64,000 nt of DNA from Blastocladiella emersonii ATCC 22665 (taxonomy: Eukaryota > Fungi > Blastocladiomycota): assembly GCA_025594325.1 (NCBI GenBank), contig JANHCV010000008.1:62001-126000 (forward strand), read 5' to 3'. Under the pieces are notes generated by a model. The model searched no databases, was not told where the DNA came from, and saw nothing but the letters and a program-made list of their open reading frames with translations. Positions 55,963 to 64,000 of the stretch are shown one piece after another. How positions within the stretch are numbered: position 1 is the stretch's first letter; the number at the start of each line of letters is the position of its first letter. The translations under genes were made by a program, and so were the position numbers.

Positions 55963-57805
55963 TCATTGATACGGCGTCAATACTGATACGGCGTCAGCTT
56001 GCACATGACGCGCCAGAAACTTGGCTCGCGCGGAGACCGCGTTCGGGCTGTCGTTGTCAAGAAGCTCCTGGTCGATTTGGAGGACCAAAAGACTCTTGAG
56101 TTCGAGTTCCGCCAGCCCAAGCAACCCGGCCTCGGTCATGTTCGTGTCTACGAGGGACAACTCCTCGATGGAGGGCGGGAGCTCGCGCGAGATCGCGACA
56201 ACACTGTCGTCGAGTACTCCCAAGTTGCCGTCCAAAAAGAGTCGACGCAGTGTGGGCGGTAATTTCCGGATGAGAAACATCACCCGCGAGCTTGGACCCG
56301 TGTAGATCAGCCCCGTGTTCCCAGCATCAAGCTCTTCAAGGCAGGGCGGTATATGGTCGGAAAGGTGCGCAATGTCTCGGTTACCAATGGGGTTCTCGCC
56401 GAGAATGAGCGTAACAAGCGTTTGAGGAAGCATGGGTGCAATATCAATCATGGCATCCTCGTCGATATTTGTGCCGCGCAGAGAAAGTCTTTTTAGGTGC
56501 TCCGAGAGGTGCGGCATCAGCGCTGCAAACCCCTCATTTCCAACCGAGTTGATGCTTAGGTCAAGCTCCTCGATTGTGCAGGACAGCGAAGGTGCAAGAA
56601 TGTCAATGAGACCTGGCTGGATGGAGATAGTTCTCAGCCAAGGTCAATGACTCAAGACGTGGGGGCATGTGCTTGGGAAGCAGTTGTATCGCATGTTCGT
56701 CCAAATCAACGCGTGATAGATCGAGCTCGGTCAGACGCGCTGGAAGTCCGGGAATAAGTAGCTCCCACGCGTCATTGGGAATCTGGCTGCTCAAGATTTC
56801 AAGCCAGGCTAGTTGCGGAGCCCTTGCAAAAGAAGCTACCATGGCTTCAGCAGCGGAAAGGTTCCAATCCGTAAGAGAAAGCCGGAGAGCTTGGAGCGTC
56901 AGCGGGAGGCCTTCAGCCAGGTTCACCATACCATCCATGAGAATCCCGCAATCGAGAATATTGAGGTGCCGGAGCGAAGGTGGAAGGAAGCGGAGAAATC
57001 GAGTCGCACCATGATGATCTAGTCGGCCCGAGGTCAGCGAGGGCCCGTTCACTTCGAGGGCATAGTGAGCGAGGCAGCCGCCACGAAGGTTGAGCTCCAG
57101 CAGAGTCTCGAGAAGCGACATTCGCTGAACAAGCGCAAGTGTGAGAGCGGAATTCGTGAACGAGGCCTTAGTCACGGCTTGGGAAGGGCTGGCAAAGGCG
57201 GCACCATGCGCGGTCGCACCGGCCTTAGTCAGGCGCATCGAGCTCATGTAGAAGGTTGTTAAGATACCGGACTCGATTGCAGCACAGATTGATTCGACGT
57301 ATGCGTCGCCCAAAGCACGGCTTGCGAGTGGGTTCGACGGGCCGGACACGTCGTAGAGGCCCAAGAGGACGCTCAACGTGGGTTTAAGCACGGCCAAATG
57401 CCAAACAGAAACCGGACGCAGTTGGCCCGAATCATACCACCAGTGGACGACTCGAAGGTCGCCAGTATCGAAAACGGCGGATAATACTTGATACAGGTGT
57501 AAATTTTGGCGCTCGTTGAGCAAACGGCCTGACAGCTTCCACAGCTTGAGCACGGCAAGGTTGGACTGCCGCGTCGCATCGGTCACGCCAACTCCAGAAA
57601 GCACTCGATCGATGATAGCGGGGAGCACGCGAGGCACCGCCCGATGCGACATGACTCGGGCGTATTGATCCATTGCGGCGAGGTCGTCATTGGGTCGCGT
57701 CTGGCGGATGGCATGGATGAGAGTCGCCTCCACAACGAGTCCGGTCCCAAGTCCACGGAGCGCTTGCGGGGCAGCCGGAGTGACACGTTGCACCAAGTCT
57801 CTCAT
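55963..57805 (-). pseudogene. Ankyrin-like + LRR family gene with one frameshift near 56620
   Basis: ORF 57805..56603 shifts frame at ENYLHPA. The other frame continues GLIDILAPSLSCTIEELDLSINSVGNEGF into ORF 56517..55963. Confidence 0.78.
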
Positions 57806-57974
57806 TTCATTCGTTCGCGTGGAGGTGATGGCGTGGTTAGTTCGGGGAGCGCAGCCGACCTGGCTTCGAACCGGCCGACGTCACCGCGGCGCGTCACGCT
57901 TTGATGAGCGACGCGTGGCAGCGACTTGCTTCCCGGCCGTCCGCCAAAAGAAACATAGTTATATTCGAAACTTC

Positions 57975-59177
57975 TCAGTACATGATGCTACACTCGGGAT
58001 ACTTTTCACTGATCGCCTCGGCGTCAGGCCCGGCAAGGTCGGTTGACGGGCACCCTTGAAGGTTCAACGACTGGAGATCCTCGAGCTCGACGTCAAGCAA
58101 GGCCACAAGCGCCTCGCGGGTGATGTAATTATTGCGGAGATCGAGATGCTCGAGTCCCACGGGAAGTCCGGAAATGATAGCAATGGCCTTGGCATCGTTG
58201 AGCCTGCAACTAGAGAGTCCAAGGCCAGTGAGGCTCGCAGGCAAGTGCTGGCCGAGCGCGCAAGCGTCATCGATTGACATCTGGGCGCCAGACAGGACGA
58301 GATCATCAAGCCGTGGAGGAAGATGCGGCGCGAGGAGCTGCATCGCGCCCTCCACCAATAGATTACCTGCGATGTTGAGGTACGTGAGCGACGAGGGAAG
58401 TGCTGGCGCGAGCGCAGTAAGACCGCGGTTGCCCATCGAGCAGTGCGGCAAATAGAGAGACTCGAGTCCGATCGGCATATTGGTAGCCAACAGCTCAGCG
58501 CCGCGAGGTCCAAGCTTGGAACCACCGAGAAGCAGCTCGCGAAGGGTCTGTGGAAAGTAAGGGGTGATTAGCGAAGCAATCCCTTCGCCAAAGACACAAT
58601 AGCGAATCTCAAGCCTGCGAGGTCGCGAGGGCATGTGATTGGCGAGAGCTGTGGCAGCCTCGGCGTTCCATTCCATGCCCATCAGCATGAGATTTTCAAG
58701 CGACGCTGGAAGACCGAGGCAAACGTCGAGCACCCCTTCGGCTGGAAGCAAGCGGGCGCCGTGGTCCCAGTGAAGCAGCATGAGAGACGAGGGAAGTCGG
58801 CGTAAAAACGAAGTTGATCCTGGCTGGTAGATTAGGCGCGATGGGAGGTAGAGGTTTTGAATCGAGTCGGGCAACCACGGACCCTCGTGTAGTGCGTCCG
58901 AGGGAAGCGAGATCCAGCGGCCGCGCAAATCGAGCGTGACAAGGGTCTTCGGCAAGCCCATGGCCGTGAGAACGGGAAGCGACATGCACGACTGAGAGAA
59001 GCTTGCTGACCGAACAGCGTGATTCGGGCTGGCAAACGCGGCTCGGAGCTGAGCAGCACCCCACTTGGTGATGCGCGCGCCTTCGACCGCGACTCGACTG
59101 ACGTGGCCTGCAGCAATGTCGTCGACCATGTTGAAAATCACCATGTCACCCACGGACGTGCCCTCAAACTTGACGTG
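57975..59177 (-). pseudogene. LRR-family gene, 3' part only; the N-terminal domain is missing at the Harbinger boundary
   Basis: Begins at the central DDIAAGHV module and has about 10 LRRs. Only 27 nt separate the upstream in-frame TAG from the TIR at 59205. Confidence 0.7.
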
Positions 59178-59412
59178 CTACAATGGCGACGTGGAGGCAA
59201 CTTAGGGTCCGTTTGGTTCAGATCAGGTGGATCAGCTGAAAAAGTTGCCACGTTTCACCTCACCCCCGTTCATCTCAGCGGCCGTGCGAACCAAACGCCC
59301 CGCTGGATGACCCCCCCCCGCAATAAAATCTTTCCCACCTCTTTGCAGCCGCACTTATTGCAACGAATCAACACCTAACCTCACGCATCGTGTTCTCGAG
59401 CCCTCAAACAAC

Positions 59413-60730
59413 ATGGGCAAGGGATACAACCGCAAGCTGCGCGGCCTAATGCTCACAGCCGCCCTCGCTCTCCTGCGACGTCTCGCTGCGCGCAACGAGC
59501 GCCGCTCGTGGGAGCCTATCCGCACGTCCACGCTTTCTGGCGAGTCGTGGGTTCAAGAGCTGCTGACGTGCAACAGCGAAACGCGTTTTTCGGAAATCGC
59601 CCGTATGCCCCGCGAGACCTTCAAGGCCATCTGCCGCCTGTTCCGCGACCGTGGCCTTCTCGCCGACGGCCGCGAGCTGTCCGTCGAGGCGCGCTTCATG
59701 GTTTTTCTTGTCATGGCCGGCGAGGGCAGCACCAACCGCAACCTCAGGGAGCGGTTCCAAATCTCTGGCGAGACCGCGTCCAGGGTTCTGAAGCAAGTGC
59801 TCGACGCTCTGTACCGCCTGATGCCCGAGTTCATTGTCCAACCGTCCGATTCTACGCCCGTGCATGAGCGCATCGCCCACGACCCGAAATACGCTCCGTT
59901 CCAGAACGCGGTCGGCGCGCTTGACGGAACGCACATCCCGTTTGTTGTGCCCACTAAGCTTCACGACTCGTTCCGAAACCGCAAGGGGACCATATCCTCA
60001 AATGTCCTCGCTGCCTGCGACTTTGACTTGAACTTCACCTACGTTCTCGCAGGGTGGGAGGGCAAGGCGCACGACTCGCGCGTGCTCTCGGACGCCTTCG
60101 CCCGTGGGTTCAAGATCCCCGCCGGCCGCTTCTACCTCGCCGACGGCGGCTACGCAAACCGCACGTCCATCATCGTGCCCTTCAGCGGTACCCGCTATCA
60201 TCTTCGCGAGTTTGCGCGCGGCAAGGATGGGTACGTTCTCACTGCCATGACCATCACGTTGGCGCCATCTCATCTGCTTCACCAACGTACGTAGAGTTAA
60301 GAACCGCGAAGAGCTTTTCAATCTGCGTCACGCGTCGCTCCGCAACTCCATTGAGCATATCTTTGGCGTGCTCAAGAAGCGGTTCCGCGTCCTCTCGATT
60401 GGCGCGGCCTACCCAATCAAGACTCAAGTCAAGCTTGTGTACGCGCTCTGCACGCTGCACAACATGATCAACAAGTGGAACCAAGGCGGCGACGCCTTCT
60501 TTCGCGACGCCGAGACGGAGCTCCGGCGCGCGCGGGACGCGGCGCGTGAGGCGCCAGTGCGTGGGCGCGAGCCCCTGGACGACGAGAACGAGGAGGACGA
60601 CGAGGCCGCTGTCCTCGAGGCCTCGCTGGACGGAGCTCGTCAGCGCTGTATCTCGCCTCGGAACCGCGTCGCAAATGTTCTTTGGACCGAGTACAGGCGC
60701 GTCATGGCCGCTCGTGGGACCCGTCTTTGA
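59413..60730 (+). CDS. Harbinger DDE transposase; exons 59413..60230 and 60295..60730; 417 aa
   Basis: Same motifs as copy 1, and the ORF-track translations are identical. Confidence 0.95.
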
Positions 60731-61043
60731 AGGCGCGAAATAATTGTTGTACCCGCATGCATGCTGTAATATACTGATTTGTCAAGTACTATAATGTTAT
60801 ATAAGCGATTCTAGATGATTTGACGCGTCGCTGAGGTCAGAATGCATCGGTGGAGACGCGTCGATCAATCACGTGACGTGTGAGACACTTTGCGAACCAC
60901 GCGTTTCTCAACGAGTCGCGTCATTTTCGAGCCAAGGGTAACGATTGAAGATACGATGGACACAAAGCCAGATGTATTGGACACAAATGGGCGAGAACAA
61001 GGCCAGGAAGCAACGCGAGGGGAGGGGGACATGTGCGAGAGAG

Positions 61044-62173
61044 CTACTGAATGAAAAACTCGAGGACGCGCTTGCGCTTCGATTCGGACACGGCCATGAC
61101 GCGAAGCGCTTGATCCTCGGTCAGGCGGGTGGCGACGTCGATCTGGTACTCTTCATTGTCGTTGTACGCGTCCTGGACCCATTCAAGTGCGGCGGTCAGA
61201 GCGGGCTTGGAGTCGGCGGTCGCGACGCTCTGGAACACCTCCTTGATGCCCATGAGGAATTCCGAGTCCGAGAGGCGACGCGAGCTGCTGTCCGAAGTGC
61301 GGCTGCGCTTGCTGGCGGGGGCCGCGTCGTCTTGACCATCAACACCTTCCACGTCACCAGACTCCTTGCCGTCCTGCTCGAGGTGCGAGTACTTGCCGGT
61401 GGCGGTCGAGCTGCCCCACAGCATGTTGGCCTTCTTGTAGTACGGGAAGGGCTTGCAGCCCGCAGTCAGCTCCTCCTTGAGCTCTGCCTACAATTGAAGC
61501 AGGCCAGGCGCTGTTAGCTCGCCGCGAGTTGACGCGTAACGATATTGAACAAACGTACCGAGAGATCGTTCCAGAACTCCTCTGGCACGTCGACCGTGCA
61601 CTCACCCTCATTCCAGGTGCAGCCGTTGCCCGAGTACGACAGAAGCCGTTTTACGGCGCGAAAACAAGTGCGAAGCTGGAGCCGAACGCTGACGTTGTTA
61701 GCGCTACGGTTGACGCGTGTCCGCAAGACAAAGCGTACGTATGTCACGCGGTTCTTGACCTGCTCCGCCGTAAACTGCATGTTGAACTCGTCCGACAGGG
61801 CCTGGGCAATCGACACACGGTGCTGGGCCTTGAGCGTGTTGCTGTCGCCGAGCACGCCGTCGTCAGCGAGGTTGCAGAAGTGGTCGAGGAGGAAGTTGGT
61901 CGACGCGGAGCAGAAGGTGGCCTTGCCGCCGCTGGCCTTGCCGCTGCTGGCCTTGCTGCCACTGGCCTTGCGCTTGCTTGGCTTGGCGATGGTCACGGGC
62001 GGCAGCGGGTTGGTCGGCGTGACAGCAGCGTTGCCGTCGCTCCCAGCAGCGTCGTCATCTGCATCCTCGTCGCTATCGGCGGGCGGCGGCGGGATTTCGG
62101 GCACGTTCTTGACGATCTCCTCGATGGACTTGGCCGTTCGGCCAGCGCGCTTCTTGCTTGACGGGGGAGCCAT
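61044..62173 (-). CDS. Harbinger Myb/SANT-like DNA-binding accessory protein; exons 62173..61739, 61675..61559, 61487..61044; 331 aa
   Basis: Pattern F.....QVKNR...L...FRAVKRLL..SG.G.TWNE...TVDVPEEFW...FPYY. Two GTACG..AG introns keep the frame. TATA box at about 62240. Confidence 0.85.
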
Positions 62174-62443
62174 TCTTTTCGGCTTTGAGGGAGGACGGGG
62201 GAGAGAGAGCGAGTTACGTTGGAGGAAAACGGCGTTTATATAGGCCGGGGAGCACAGCCTGAAGGTTTCGGGGGCGAGCAGACGGGCGATTCAGCGACGA
62301 GGGTTCCATTCAGCTCACCCGGGGGTCGAACCAAACGCCGCGATGAACGCGACGGGGTGAAAATGCCACGTTTCAGCTGGGTGAACACCGGACCGTGTAA
62401 AATCGATTGATCCACCTGATTCACCCCGGAACCAAACGGGCCC

Positions 62444-63185
62444 TAATTTTGAAAATCAATGCTCGAAGATGCACCGGCCAGGCCCACGTGACGCGATAGT
62501 TTTGTGTAGTGTGAACCGGGAACCAAACGTGGTAGAATTCGAGGTCGGTGACGGTCCGCGGTAGCTGAAGCGCGTATAACCGCGGCGGGTCAATCGTCCC
62601 GCTGATAGAAAGAGAAGTGACACCTTGGTGTGGGCTCGCAAGAGCAGTATTGAGTGCAAGAATTCCCGCATGACCGATGGATCCAAGTTCGAACTTGAGA
62701 GCCGTCACGCGGCCCGAGGCAATATCATCTGCATTGAATCGGACGTTCGCATCGAGCTCGGGATCTGATACGTTGATACAAGTCCCGTCGTCGCTGTCCT
62801 GTCGATCTGTGGGAAGTCCGAGGGCGACTCGAGTGCCATCTTCAAGGTAAACACGAATTGAGGTCGGGTCAAGATTAATTGAGTCGCGGAACCACTCGAG
62901 CGATTGGAGCTGGCGCCCGATTTCGGCGGCTTTCAGCGCGGCGTCAAAGTCGGTAGGTAGCCCCACCGCCTTCCACTTTTCCAGCAGTACAAGGTTCCCG
63001 CGAGCGCTTGCAGTTTCAAGCGAGAAAAAGGGCGACCGCTGGAGGACAGTGCGGTGGACCTGGGGAATGAGAGCCTCGCGCATCACATGCGTGTACTGAG
63101 AGAGGCCCGCCACGTCGTCTGGGTCGTGCATCCAGACGGCTTTAACGAGGATGGCCTCAATCAGTTCGGGGATGTAAAGCGCCAT
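62444..63185 (-). pseudogene. Ankyrin-like + LRR family gene, 5' part, truncated by Harbinger copy 2
   Basis: MALYIPELIEAILVKAV...ASARGNLVLLEKWKAVG...LEWFRDS...DDIASGRV. The frame runs into the TIR at LIFKI|RARL. Confidence 0.8.
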
Positions 63186-64000
63186 GTTTCATGAGCTTTC
63201 ATTTGGTGAGTGCGTTTGTGGGGGTAGAGCTAGCCGAACGCGTCGGTCCGCCGGTGAGAAAGCGAAAATTGTGCGACGTGTCAGTCACGTGGCTCGTCGC
63301 GACGCATAGCAGGCCGGGTTTTGCTGGCCGTTGGAGCTTTGGTGCGAACGCCCGAAACAGTTTGAGTTGGAACTTCACTCAACCTTGCTTGGATGTTGAC
63401 GGTAATTGATTTGGAATATATTGCGCTGTGTCGAAGCGCTGGGACCGCTCAAATGAAAATTTATAACGCGGTGAACACGTCCGCGTGACGTGGCTACCGA
63501 GCTGTCAGCTCTGTTGGTTCAGGAACAGACGACGGTCTTCGCCCCTACCTTGCAATGTATTCAGCCACCACGTAACTTCATGCAACATGCACATGGACAC
63601 ATCCGGAACTGATGTCTTGGGGTCGGCCGACGCACTGATCACGGCCGCACTTCGGGACAACCGGCTGCCTGAACGCCGCCGCGACCTCGCCGAGCTCCGT
63701 GCCGCTGCTCTTATCATCGTCATGCGACTGCGGATAGATACGATCCGCGGAACCCTTGCTTCTCGATGTCGGACTGCTTCTCGGCCCGAAGCAAAAAACG
63801 AGGGGGAACGCGCCCGTTTCAGAGTCGAGTCGCTGCTCCGAGTCGAGGAGCTTGGCACCTCACTTGACATACGATTGGCTGCAACCACGAGTCGAGCACT
63901 CGAACCTAGCGACGTTCCCGACTCAAAATCACAGTTATGTCGTTTGCGCTCGTCTTCACCGCGGCGCCCAACGAGCGCGCGCAGTTCGCACCCGCTACGG

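Larger units (their letters stand above)
59205..62443 (+). mobile_element. PIF/Harbinger DNA transposon, copy 2 (complete, two genes)
   Basis: TIRs GGGTCCGTTTGGTTC and GAACCAAACGGGCCC, flanks TTA and TAA. Convergent transposase and Myb/SANT-like genes. Confidence 0.95.

Noticed and set aside
2693-59204. The segment between the Harbinger copies having already been inverted by recombination
   Set aside because: The two flanks of copy 1 still belong to the same in-frame LRR gene, and swapping flanks does not repair the TSD mismatches.
63200-64000. Possible gene at the right edge (ORF 63505..63888)
   Set aside because: No recognisable motifs or codon pattern, so it cannot be supported.

Overview
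Eukaryotic, GC-rich, gene-dense DNA with short GT-AG introns (GTACGT donor, CTRAC branch). The gene content (centrin-3/Cdc31, hevein-containing chitin deacetylases) fits an early-diverging fungus, probably zoosporic and Blastocladiomycota-like; the taxon is an inference. The main feature is about 20 intronless, mutually related 7-transmembrane, GPCR-like genes of no family I recognise. Seven belong to group A (10.6-17.1 kb and 47.4-55.6 kb). Thirteen belong to group B, a same-strand tandem array at 21.7-41.1 kb that includes three clear pseudogenes and one member whose start codon has changed from ATG to GTG. Many of these genes share a conserved upstream CACGTG/TGCGAGAC module. Around them lie three modular secreted CE4 (chitin/polysaccharide) deacetylases with an unrecognised N-terminal domain, six damaged members of an ankyrin-like + LRR family, and two near-identical inverted PIF/Harbinger transposons (one complete, one with a 0.8-kb deletion), each in or abutting LRR genes. 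Housekeeping genes are CDC31, CSE1, TAF11 and a PhoD-like phosphatase. A 4-kb decayed region at 50.4-54.4 kb carries hairpin repeats. The families are arranged roughly as a mirror image around the group-B array.
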